Shown here piece after piece: positions 1 through 9,092 of a stretch of DNA of 64,000 bases. Source of the stretch: an uncultured delta proteobacterium (GTDB lineage: Bacteria > Desulfobacterota > Desulfomonilia > UBA1062); contig CAWAUM010000010.1 in assembly GCA_963785235.1 (NCBI GenBank), positions 214,521-278,520 of the forward strand, written 5' to 3'. The notes below the pieces were generated by a model. It did not search any database, was not told the origin of the DNA, and saw only the letters and a list, made by a program, of their open reading frames with translations. The position numbers and the translations under genes are program-made. Numbering within the stretch: the stretch's first letter is position 1; each line of letters begins with the position of its first letter.

Positions 1-542
1 CATGCGGGCCCCTGCAAAGATCCGTAAAGGTGCCCTGCTCGTAGAGCGAGACCATGCTCACGTCATCGCCCAGATCATCGATGATCTCCACCTTATAGGG
101 CTCGCCCTTTTCTTCGAAGAAGGCCTTCGCCTCCTTTTTGGGCAGTTCCCTGCGGAGGAAAGGGGTGTCCTGCTTCACGAGCTCTGCCATCTTCTCTTCG
201 ATCTTTGCAAGGTCTTCGGATGAGAAGGGCGTCGCTGCGGTCGAAATCGTAATAGAAACCTTCTTCCGTGGACGGGCCGATGGTGGGCCTGGCATCAGGG
301 AAAAGGAGTTTCACCGCCTCTGCCATGACATGGGCCGTGGAATGACGCACAATCCCTACACCTTCTTTTGATTCCGCAAGGACGGTCTCTATTGTCTGAC
401 CATCTTTCAAACCGGTGGCGAGATCCACCAGGACCCCGTCCACACGCGCTGCAATCACGCGCTTGTCTTTGATAAGCTCCCGGACAACTGATGCCTCGCT
501 CGTTCTGGCCTTGCCGTCAACGGTAACGGTGATTTCGGGCAT
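1..542 (-). CDS. thrS: Threonyl-tRNA synthetase, N-terminal part (runs off the window; one 1-bp frameshift near 230)
   Basis: TGS domain, then [12 protein letters not shown] and [13 protein letters not shown]. The second frame continues ...[12 protein letters not shown]...[24 protein letters not shown] precedes ATG 542. Confidence 0.95.
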
Positions 543-941
543 ATCGACTCCCATGAAAGAATGGTAGACGCATATGGATAGGAAATTTGCGTTCTACCTT
601 ATTATTTTCAACGAGTTACTCCCATACAATGGCTGTAAGACGTCAGCTAGGAGGAATAACAAATATGGGAATGGATGTAAAGGGAAAGGTTGTTAATAAG
701 AATAGATGGCCCGCATATTCATTTTCCACAGGTCTAATCCCACAGATACATTCGGGGCAAGGCCATCGAACTATAGAATTTCAGTTCCTTCGTTCAATAT
801 TTTTATTGGATCCCTTATGTGCCCAGAACTCTACTATCTTCTATCTGGGCTAATCATAATGAATGGTATGGAATCTTCGACTGACAAAGAGGTTCACCAC
901 ATTGTCTGGTTCGAGAAGCTCATCAAGAAGTCTATCTGTGT

Positions 942-1676
942 CTAGGTAAATCGGGCGTCATGGTCGGAATGTTTCTCTCCAAATGGGGAGGGGCGACGGG
1001 CGACATCCGCAAGATACACGAGAGAGAGGTAGTAAATGATAAGCTCCCGAAACTCGGAGATGTTTGATCGGAGTACCCCTGAGGTGTTGAAGCCGGAGTG
1101 GTTGAGGTAGACGGCCAATTTCGATAGGACAACCATTATAACGAGGGTGGCGATCGCCCAGCAGCTTGGCGCTAGGTACCGAAGGTAGGAGTTGCGCATG
1201 CGGATAGCGGCGATGGGCATCACAAGGAAAAGAAGAACCAACCCGAGGTCCACGCCAAGCTTGATTAGTTTATTGTTTCTTCCGATGTTGTGGATATTGC
1301 GGACCTGTGCCTGGTTTTCCGTTGGAATTCCATTAAGGATCTCCCAGAGATGTAACCCGTAGTCGATTTCCTCAAGGAAGACGAATAAGGCCATCACGGC
1401 GATGATCACGAAGGCGGTCCGATCGACACGCGAAGGCTTGCGGAAAGCTGTCCTGGCTGAGATCACGAACATCCCGATGAGTAGGACGTTCTGGAGATTT
1501 TCAAGAGCACCGAATTCCCGGTTGAACGAGGGTGCCACAAAACCCTGAACTATGCTGTTTCCTGAGAAGAACAACAGGATCAACCCACCGCAGATGCTGA
1601 AAGGCACTGCGACGTAGACGAGAAAACTTCGTGACCAGGATAATATGATTTCCCCTCCCTTTCGTTTTTCCGGCAC
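942..1676 (-). CDS. Hypothetical multi-pass membrane protein
   Basis: 244-aa ORF with several hydrophobic helices, E-x-G-x-x-EN and FLEEIDYG...NIHN motifs; start codon uncertain. Confidence 0.7.
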   Translation of the reverse strand: MPEKRKGGEIILSWSRSFLVYVAVPFSICGGLILLFFSGNSIVQGFVAPSFNREFGALENLQNVLLIGMFVISARTAFRKPSRVDRTAFVIIAVMALFVFLEEIDYGLHLWEILNGIPTENQAQVRNIHNIGRNNKLIKLGVDLGLVLLFLVMPIAAIRMRNSYLRYLAPSCWAIATLVIMVVLSKLAVYLNHSGFNTSGVLRSNISEFRELIIYYLSLVYLADVARRPSPFGEKHSDHDARFT

Positions 1677-2202
1677 GACAAGGAACTAGGCATGAAACAA
1701 GGATAATCGCAACATTCCTTTGTGCCAGTAGCATTACCTTCCCTATGGTTAAATCTCCAACCTGTTGCTAGGTTGGCAGTGACTATAACCTATGTACTAC
1801 AAGTATTAAAGGCTTCACCGTTATTATTCAAGAAAATATCGCCATCAATATAGCGACCTCCTCAATGTCTGTATCAGTGATAAACAGGAGAATCATTGTA
1901 AGTGTGCATTGTGGAGATTGAAGATCTCTGCGATAAATGAATTCTTTTTAAATGCTAGATATCCGATGATTATAAAATATCATCTGTGATTAAACAAGGC
2001 TAGCTCTGAGTGTCAAGCATGGCACATTATTTATTGTTTTGAAGATCCCAACTCAGTTTGTTGCCTGGAGCTAAGTCTATACTCTTATAAAAATATAAAC
2101 TGTTAAAATTTCTTTAGATGTGGCCTGGTTAGTAGTCTTTCCTTGATTTTCGCACGATATATTTTTATTCTGGGACTATCCAGTCTTGATGAGGATAATC
2201 AT

Positions 2203-3144
2203 GTGGGTAAATCTCTGATTTGTACGCTATTGATAATGCTTGCCATGTCCTTTGGAGGTTGTGCGCCCGTGGATCTATATCGCTCCCACCTGCTCTTTCA
2301 AGAGGGTTCATACAATTCGGGCGTATCCATAACCTGGCTTGGCACTGCCGGGGTGCTGATATCGGACGGACAGACAGGCATTCTGATCGACCCCTATGTC
2401 AGTCGGTTCAGTTTATCCAAGGTGGTCCTGGGCGCGGCATTGCGTCCGGACCAGGACCTGATCCGGCAGTGGGTCAAGCGCTTGGGGGCTGCCAATATAA
2501 ATGCCGTGATAGTCAGCCATTCCCACTTCGACCACTCCCTCGATGCGCCTTATTTCGCCATGGAAACAGGCGCACCGCTTCTGGGATCGGAGAGCACGCT
2601 CAATATAGGGAGGGGGGCAGGTCTGCCGGAAACACAACTCATGGTAGTTCAGCCAGGCCGGGTTATCAGCGTGGGCAATTTTTCCCTCAACGTTATTGAA
2701 AGCAGGCATGGGCCGGCCCTGTTCGGACGGGTGCCATACCCTGGGACAATAGACCATCCGCTAACCCCCCCGCGGCCTGCCCGTGACTATAAGCTGGGCA
2801 TCACCTATGCAATCCTGATCAAACACCCGTGCGGCACTATCCTGCACCACGGGAGTGCCGGATTCCTTCCGGGCATGTATGCGGGGATAAAGGCGGATGT
2901 AGTACTCCTGGGCATCGCCGGACGAGGTGATACCCAAGCCTACCTATCGGAGGTTCCACTCAAGGTCAAGTCCCGGGTAGTGATCCCTATCCACTTTGAT
3001 GATTTCTTCAAACCTCTGGAAGAGGGATTGTCATTCCTGTATACTGGACAATTTGCAGAGTTCTGCGCCACGTCTGATAAATCATCCTTTGCGATCAAGA
3101 CCGCCCCGCTCGGCAGACAGGTACGGATACTTCCACTAAACTGA
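2203..3144 (+). CDS. MBL-fold metallo-hydrolase, probable lipoprotein
   Basis: TWLGTAG, ILIDPY, SHSHFDH and IPIHFD motifs; hydrophobic N-terminus ending in FGGC (lipobox-like); GAGGA RBS before GTG 2203. Confidence 0.88.
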   Translation: MGKSLICTLLIMLAMSFGGCAPVDLYRSHLLFQEGSYNSGVSITWLGTAGVLISDGQTGILIDPYVSRFSLSKVVLGAALRPDQDLIRQWVKRLGAANINAVIVSHSHFDHSLDAPYFAMETGAPLLGSESTLNIGRGAGLPETQLMVVQPGRVISVGNFSLNVIESRHGPALFGRVPYPGTIDHPLTPPRPARDYKLGITYAILIKHPCGTILHHGSAGFLPGMYAGIKADVVLLGIAGRGDTQAYLSEVPLKVKSRVVIPIHFDDFFKPLEEGLSFLYTGQFAEFCATSDKSSFAIKTAPLGRQVRILPLN

Positions 3145-3279
3145 TCTACGGAATGTATTGCAGGAAACACGGGAACGGGTCAAACCAAGGAAGCCTTGAT
3201 CAGGCGTACTTTGCCAAATGTCCCTGCCAAAAAGAACCCAAGGGGACACCCTGAAAAATGCCATGCCGGCAGTGGGCTG

Positions 3280-4365
3280 CTATGCCTTCCTTGCCTTCAG
3301 GTATTCCCCCACCCGGTTCAGGCCTTCCTCGATCTTGTCCACATCGAGTGCATAGGAGAAGCGCACACGGTCGGGCGCGCCGAACCACTCGCCGAGATAG
3401 GTGATGACCTTGTGGTCATGGAACATATCCCATACGAAGTCCTTAGGATTATCGATCTTGGGGAGTACGTAAAAGGCCCCTTCCGGCTTCCAGAGATCGA
3501 GCCCGAGCTCGACCATGCCCTTGTAGATCATGTCTCTGCGCGATTCCCAAATCCTGAGCTGATCGTCGACATAGCTTTTGGGCACCGTGGTGGCGGTATA
3601 GGCCATTTCCTGGGCAATGATGCTCGTGTTCATGGAGGTATGGGACTTCATCTCGATGACCATCTTCACCAGCTCCTGGTCAAGGGACCAGAGATACCCC
3701 ACCCGTAGGCCCGTCATGGCAAAGGTCTTTGAAAATGAATTGATGGTGACCACATGGGGGCCCTTGATCAGATAGTTTTCCCGCACATAGATCAGGTCCT
3801 TGTAGACCTCGTCGGACAGGACATAGACGCCGTATTCCTCCGCGATCTTTTCGATCTTCTTGAGGGTCTCGATGGCCTCGACCCTGCCTGTGGGGTTCGA
3901 CGGCGAGTTGATGAGCACGGCCTTGCAGTCCTTGATCTTCCTCTCGAAGTCCTCGTACACGACCCTGCCATCCTTGAGGTCAGTGAAAACAGGTTCGAAC
4001 CCTGCATATTCCACCAGGGGCAGGTAGGAATAATAATAGGGACGGCACAGCAGGCATTTCGGCTTGCCGCCCCCCTTCTTCTTCTGGATCCATGCAATGG
4101 CCCTCAGCGCCAGATCAAGGGCTTCGGAGGCGCCGTTGGTAATGACGAAGCTGTCTGCCGTGGAGCGCGGATACTGCTTTGCCAGGGCATCCCTCAGGTT
4201 TTCCTGGCCCTGGATGAGTCCATACTTGAAGCCGTTGTAATCCGGCAGGATATCGTACACCTCTTGCGGCGGCGGCAGGTCAGGCTGGCCCGAACCGAAC
4301 GAGATGATTCCCTCGCCCCGAACGCCGATGAACATCGCTGCAGTCAGATCCCTATTCCCACTCAT
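3280..4365 (-). CDS. PLP-dependent aminotransferase class I/II (aspartate aminotransferase-like)
   Basis: GQPD, TNGASEAL, NSPSNPTG, SDEVY, SFSKTFAMTGLRVG and PEGAFY motifs. Confidence 0.93.
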   Translation of the reverse strand: MSGNRDLTAAMFIGVRGEGIISFGSGQPDLPPPQEVYDILPDYNGFKYGLIQGQENLRDALAKQYPRSTADSFVITNGASEALDLALRAIAWIQKKKGGGKPKCLLCRPYYYSYLPLVEYAGFEPVFTDLKDGRVVYEDFERKIKDCKAVLINSPSNPTGRVEAIETLKKIEKIAEEYGVYVLSDEVYKDLIYVRENYLIKGPHVVTINSFSKTFAMTGLRVGYLWSLDQELVKMVIEMKSHTSMNTSIIAQEMAYTATTVPKSYVDDQLRIWESRRDMIYKGMVELGLDLWKPEGAFYVLPKIDNPKDFVWDMFHDHKVITYLGEWFGAPDRVRFSYALDVDKIEEGLNRVGEYLKARKA

Positions 4366-4511
4366 CCGTTTCCCTCCTGTAAATACCCAAGGTATCCCCC
4401 CGATTCATTCCACATTGAATCATGATTTAAGGCTAACCGGGACGTACGTCAATACTTTCAATAACTCCTTTGGATATGGAGGAAGGAATTCCGGGCTTGC
4501 TCTTGTGAAAA

Positions 4512-4586
4512 TGGTAGGCACGCGCGGATTTGAACCGCGGACCCCCACCGTGTCAAGGTGGTGCTCTCCCCCTGAGCTACGTGCCT
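4512..4586 (-). tRNA. tRNA-Val (GAC)
   Basis: Reverse complement AGGCACGTAGCTCAGGGGGAGAGCACCACCTTGACACGGTGGGGGTCCGCGGTTCAAATCCGCGCGTGCCTACCA folds as a cloverleaf with anticodon GAC, T-loop GTTCAAAT and encoded CCA. Confidence 0.97.
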
Positions 4587-4786
4587 GTGTCAGGTGTTCT
4601 CGATATCCTGTATCTCTGCTGCTTGTCAACTGTTTTTCACCATGAAAATGGCCTGCCAGGGCTCTTATGGCCTGTGATTGGAATGTTCTTCAACTGCCCT
4701 GTTACCTATGATTATCTCAAGCAGAGTATATCCTTGTGGTCCACGGGTTTGCTTCCCCCATCATCATATGATAGACATGGCGGACA

Positions 4787-5395
4787 TTGAAGAAATGCGA
4801 AAGGCTTGTGACTATGAATATCACCCCATCCGAGATCGCCTTTGACTTTGACGGCGTAGTGGCCGACACCTTCAGGTTCTTTATTAAGCTTGCCAGGGAA
4901 AGCTACCATTATGACATCAACTATGACGACATCACGGATTACCTTTTCCTGAACTCCGTGGCCATGGACAAAAAGCACGCCATGGAGATCATTGACATCC
5001 TCACCAATGATCTCCATGAAATCGACATCCGGCCCAATGAAGGTGCCGGTGTTGTGCTGGGGCGTTTCACTGCCGTTGCCCCCCTGCTCGTTGTTACCGC
5101 AAGACCCTATGCCGAACCTGTAGAACTCTGGTTTGCCAGGCATATACCCACGGTCTTACCCGGGTGCCTGCGTATAGAGGCGACGGGCGCGAGTACTGCA
5201 AAGCTCGAGGTCCTTCAGAAAAATAATATCAGATATTTCATCGACGACCGCCTGGACACCTGCCATATACTCCAGGAGGCAGGTATCACGCCCATCGTCT
5301 ACAACCAGCCATGGAACCGTCATCCCCACCCTTTCCTGACCGTAAATAATTGGGAAGAGATTGAATCCATCATGAACATGGAAACGGATTCATGA
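4787..5395 (+). CDS. HAD-superfamily phosphatase (5'(3')-deoxyribonucleotidase/NT5C-like)
   Basis: FDFDGVVADT, VTAR, FIDDR and QPWN motifs; true start may be ATG 4814. Confidence 0.85.
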   Translation: MKKCERLVTMNITPSEIAFDFDGVVADTFRFFIKLARESYHYDINYDDITDYLFLNSVAMDKKHAMEIIDILTNDLHEIDIRPNEGAGVVLGRFTAVAPLLVVTARPYAEPVELWFARHIPTVLPGCLRIEATGASTAKLEVLQKNNIRYFIDDRLDTCHILQEAGITPIVYNQPWNRHPHPFLTVNNWEEIESIMNMETDS

Positions 5396-5462
5396 TGTTA
5401 AACAGCTTCTGGAAAAACAGTGTGTTCCGTGGTAGTGTACTCGTGGTCTCACAGGAACAGCC

Positions 5463-6026
5463 ATGAAGAAGGACTGGAACTATCTCTATTCCAAGACCGT
5501 GTTCAAGAACCGGCTTGTGAACGTCCGCCAGGACAAATACCACTTCCTGCCCAATGACATCATCAAGGACTTCACTGTCTTCGAGCTGGAAGACTGGGTG
5601 AACATCATCCCCATCACCGATGACGGTTACGTGGTGACGATCCGGCAGTATCGCCACGGGGTCAGGAGAGACACCCTGGAGATACCGGGCGGCCTCATTT
5701 CCGAAACTGATTCGAGCCCCATGGAGGCTGCGGTGCGCGAGATGACCGAAGAGACCGGGTACATCAGTACCGATGTGGTGCACATCGGTACGGTGGAACC
5801 GAATCCGGCGCTGCAGACCAACCGGTGCTTTTCATACCTGGCCAGGAACTGTTACCTTGCATCAGGCCAGATGCTGGATCCCACGGAAGCCATCCAGGTG
5901 GAACTGAATAAAAAGGAAGATATCTACAAGATGATCCAGGGACAGAAAATCACGCATGGCCTTGTGGTAGCGGCCTTTGCGCACCTGCTCATCTATGAAA
6001 TGGACCGGGGCAAATCGAAGATCTGA
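5463..6026 (+). CDS. NUDIX hydrolase (ADP-ribose pyrophosphatase-like)
   Basis: RQYRH, LEIPGG...AAVREMTEETG Nudix box. Confidence 0.92.
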   Translation: MKKDWNYLYSKTVFKNRLVNVRQDKYHFLPNDIIKDFTVFELEDWVNIIPITDDGYVVTIRQYRHGVRRDTLEIPGGLISETDSSPMEAAVREMTEETGYISTDVVHIGTVEPNPALQTNRCFSYLARNCYLASGQMLDPTEAIQVELNKKEDIYKMIQGQKITHGLVVAAFAHLLIYEMDRGKSKI

Positions 6027-6152
6027 TTCTCTTGCACCTGATCAGATTGTTTAAATCCGGATTTCGCGTTTGGATGTACCCATAATTTCTTCATGCCTCT
6101 ATGGCCTTAAGCACAGCACTCATAGTAAGCATGGAACTGTTCTTTAAATAGG

Positions 6153-6237
6153 TCCGTTAAAAACATGCATCTTGCAGCTTTCAGGTCCGACAGAATAAGC
6201 ATAGAGCAAAGGCTGCAAGATGCATGTTTTGAACGGA
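6153..6237. repeat. Long inverted repeat (REP/MITE-like family, copy 1)
   Basis: TCCGTTAAAAACATGCATCTTGCAGC ... GCTGCAAGATGCATGTTTTGAACGGA; 26-bp arms with 1 mismatch. Confidence 0.85.
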
Positions 6238-6281
6238 TCAGGTTTCTACACCTCTTAACCGCTAAATCCGGGTTAAATTGA

Positions 6282-6328
6282 ACCGTTCAAATCGATGAGT
6301 TCCACCGGAACTCATCGATTTGAACGGT
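6282..6328. repeat. Perfect 22-bp hairpin (related family member); possible terminator between convergent genes
   Basis: ACCGTTCAAATCGATGAGTTCC-ACC-GGAACTCATCGATTTGAACGGT. Confidence 0.85.
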
Positions 6329-6385
6329 CTTAGTAAAAGACTCCTACCTAACTCCCATACCGAGAAGATAGCAACTAACAGTGCA

Positions 6386-8404
6386 TCACTTCTGGTACAT
6401 CTTCTCGATCCTGTCCTTGTATTTGTCCAGCACCACCTTGCGCTTCACCTTCATGGTGGGCGTCAGTTCACCTGTTGCCTCGCTGAAAGTGGCATCCAGC
6501 ACCTCGAAATACTTGACCTGCTGGTAGTGGGCCAGGGTCTTGTTCACCGCATCCACCTCGGCCCTGATGAGGGATTGTATCTCCGGACTGCTCACCAGGG
6601 CGGTGTTGTCGGCAAAGGCGATGCCCGTTTTCCTGGCATAGCTCGACAGGCTCTTGAAATCGGGCACGATGAGCGCCGTGAGGTATTTCCTGCCGTCACC
6701 CACAAGGCAGGCCTGTTCGATGAACGACCTTGCCTGGAGCGCTACCTCGATGGGGTGAGGTGCGATATTCTTGCCTCCCGAACTCACGAACAGGTCCTTT
6801 TTGCGGTCCGTAATGAGCAGGAATCCTTCGCTGTCAAAGTGTCCGATGTCACCGGTCATGAAGAAGCCGTCTTCGGTGAAGGCTGCCTTGGTGGCCTCAG
6901 GCATCTTCCAGTATTCCCTGAACACCTGGGGCCCCTTTACCAGGATCTCGCCGTCGCCAGCGATCTTTTCCTCGGTCAAGGCCACCGGCCTTCCCACGGT
7001 GCCCGGCTTCACCCTGAGCTTGTAAACAATTGTGGAGTAGCAGACCCCGAGCTTGGCTGCAGATACAGGATTTGCATAGGGAGAAATTCCTTGAGATTGC
7101 TTGACCACCAGGAGGTCCAGCACCATATCCATGATCTTATCAAAGAACCACTGATAGAGCTTTCCATGCTGGACAGAGTCCATGATCTCGGGTTCGTTGA
7201 AATTGATCACCGGGCTTGTCTCGGTGAGCCCGTACCCCTCATTGAGCTGGATGTTCAGGGACCGGAAGAATACACACACCTCTTTCGAGAGCTTGCCCCC
7301 TCCTGAAATCGCAACGACAAGCCTGTCCATGCCCATCATCTTTTTCATCCTATCAAACACAAGCATGTTGGCGATCCCAAAGCCCATGAGGTCCACCTGG
7401 GATATCCTTTTCCCGCTTGCCATGGCATCGGTGTATATCTCACCCTTACCCAGTGCCCATCTGAAAATTTTCCGATAGACCGGTTTCTGCTTGGCTATGA
7501 TTGCGTTGATGGTCTCATAGGTCTTCTCATAAAACATGGGGATGGACGAGATGATATTCGGCCTCACCTCCAGCAGGTTCTGGGCTATTGCCTGATAACC
7601 CTCTGCAAAGGCCAGGGTGCCCCCCAGGTAGAGCCCTGTCAAATGGTAATCACTCGAGCGGCCCATGACGTGGCATAAAGGCAGATGCACCAAGGCCGTA
7701 AGATGGACATCCTTTTTCTTCATGCGCACCATAAGCTCGGACCCGGATGCCTGATGGATGTTGGAAACGAAATTCGAATGGGTAAGCACGACCCCTTTGG
7801 ATCTGCCGGTGGTGCCCGAGGTATAGATGATGGCGGCAATCGTCTCGGGTGTGACGGATTTTATGCGTGATTCTATCTCTTCTTCCGCCACCTTTTCCCT
7901 GCCCAGTTTCATGATGTCCATGAAGCTGTAGAGATTTTCCTGCGGGGCCCCGACACATTCCTCCATGGAGATTACCGGCATGGACTTGAGGGCTTCATGG
8001 GCATCCCTGAGACTGAGGAACTCATCGGCCTTGGTACGGTTGGATACGATAGCCATCTTTGATTCGCTGTCTATGACCATGAACAAGAGGTCATCCCTGC
8101 TCAGGGTGGGATAGAGGGGGACCCCGGTCGCTCCGCACGCCTGGATGGCCTGGTCTGCAATGATCCATTCGGGCCTGCTCTCTGCAAAGATAACGCAGTG
8201 GTCACCCTTGTTCAGGCCCAGCAAGGCAAGCCCCCTGGCCAGGTCCAAGGCCTGCCTCCTGGCCTGCCTCCATGTTGTCTTTCTGAAGGTGGTGATGGGT
8301 TTGCCGTATTCGTCGAATTTTCCCATGAGGAAGACATGGTCTTCACCAAGCTTCAATGCCTGGTTGTGAAACAGCCCGCAAAGTGTATCATCCCGGTATG
8401 ACAT
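6386..8404 (-). CDS. Long-chain-fatty-acid--CoA ligase (FadD15-like AMP-binding enzyme)
   Basis: IIYTSGTTGRSKGV, EGYGLTETSP, FMTGDIG, ITDRKKDL and ELTPTMKVKR motifs; GGGGGA RBS before ATG 8404. Confidence 0.93.
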   Translation of the reverse strand: MSYRDDTLCGLFHNQALKLGEDHVFLMGKFDEYGKPITTFRKTTWRQARRQALDLARGLALLGLNKGDHCVIFAESRPEWIIADQAIQACGATGVPLYPTLSRDDLLFMVIDSESKMAIVSNRTKADEFLSLRDAHEALKSMPVISMEECVGAPQENLYSFMDIMKLGREKVAEEEIESRIKSVTPETIAAIIYTSGTTGRSKGVVLTHSNFVSNIHQASGSELMVRMKKKDVHLTALVHLPLCHVMGRSSDYHLTGLYLGGTLAFAEGYQAIAQNLLEVRPNIISSIPMFYEKTYETINAIIAKQKPVYRKIFRWALGKGEIYTDAMASGKRISQVDLMGFGIANMLVFDRMKKMMGMDRLVVAISGGGKLSKEVCVFFRSLNIQLNEGYGLTETSPVINFNEPEIMDSVQHGKLYQWFFDKIMDMVLDLLVVKQSQGISPYANPVSAAKLGVCYSTIVYKLRVKPGTVGRPVALTEEKIAGDGEILVKGPQVFREYWKMPEATKAAFTEDGFFMTGDIGHFDSEGFLLITDRKKDLFVSSGGKNIAPHPIEVALQARSFIEQACLVGDGRKYLTALIVPDFKSLSSYARKTGIAFADNTALVSSPEIQSLIRAEVDAVNKTLAHYQQVKYFEVLDATFSEATGELTPTMKVKRKVVLDKYKDRIEKMYQK

Positions 8405-8706
8405 AGATCCCCCATGCAAGATTTTTTCTGAAGAATTGCATTGACTTTCAGACCGGATAGATCATGGCTGGAAAGCATTCTATTACATCCCCGTTGAGCG
8501 AATGAACACCTCCATTGCACATGCAACGGGACAAGCCCTCTTCCATGAAAGAGCACAGTCCATAAAGCCGTAGGTGCATTGTATTCAAACTTTGATAAAT
8601 TGCAATTGCGAATATCGTTGTGTACCAAAGCGCATTAAGTGGTCCGCAGATGGACAGCAACCACCCTAAGGCTCTGATCTGATTGTGATCACAGGTGATT
8701 TTCCCC

Positions 8707-8756
8707 TTGAGATTGCAGGTCAAACGGCCGTATAATAACAAGCATATATGAGGAGG
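8707..8756 (+). promoter_or_regulatory. Sigma70-type promoter and RBS of the 86-aa gene
   Basis: TTGAGA-N18-TATAAT (8707-8736) and AGGAGG (8751-8756). Confidence 0.6.
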
Positions 8757-8763
8757 TGCGCAT

Positions 8764-9024
8764 ATGGCTGATGAAAAGAAGCTCATCGGGAAAGTGACCC
8801 ACTTTTTCAGCAAGATCAATGTCGCCGGCATCCAGCTCAGTGACACACTCAAGGTCGGGGAAAAGATCTCTATCGTCGGGGCAACCACGAACTTTGAAGA
8901 GAACATCGATTCCATGCAGATCGACAACAAGTCAGTAATAGAGGCCAAGGCAGGAGATCTCATCGGTATCAAGGTGAAGGACAAGACCAGAGTCGGCGAC
9001 GACGTCTATCTTATTGCCGGCTAA
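8764..9024 (+). CDS. Small beta-barrel 'translation elongation factor-like' protein (EF-Tu domain II / U32 C-terminal-like)
   Basis: IGKVTHFFSKINVAGI...LKVGEKI...SMQID...AKAGDLIGIKV...RVGDDVY pattern; strong RBS. Confidence 0.8.
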   Translation: MADEKKLIGKVTHFFSKINVAGIQLSDTLKVGEKISIVGATTNFEENIDSMQIDNKSVIEAKAGDLIGIKVKDKTRVGDDVYLIAG

Positions 9025-9092
9025 ATCAATCTGGTTCTCAATGGGGTTGCATCCCCGGAAGTTATGGGTGCATCGAACTGCATACTCAGGCT

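Noticed and set aside
587-945. Short AT-rich ORFs with a faint ferritin/rubrerythrin-like look (IFYLG...EVHHIVWFEKLI)
   Set aside because: Too short and degenerate to support without a homology search.
6050-6330. Integron attC sites
   Set aside because: The stems are near-perfect without the typical extrahelical bases, there is no cassette array or integrase, and the flanking genes are convergent housekeeping-type genes.
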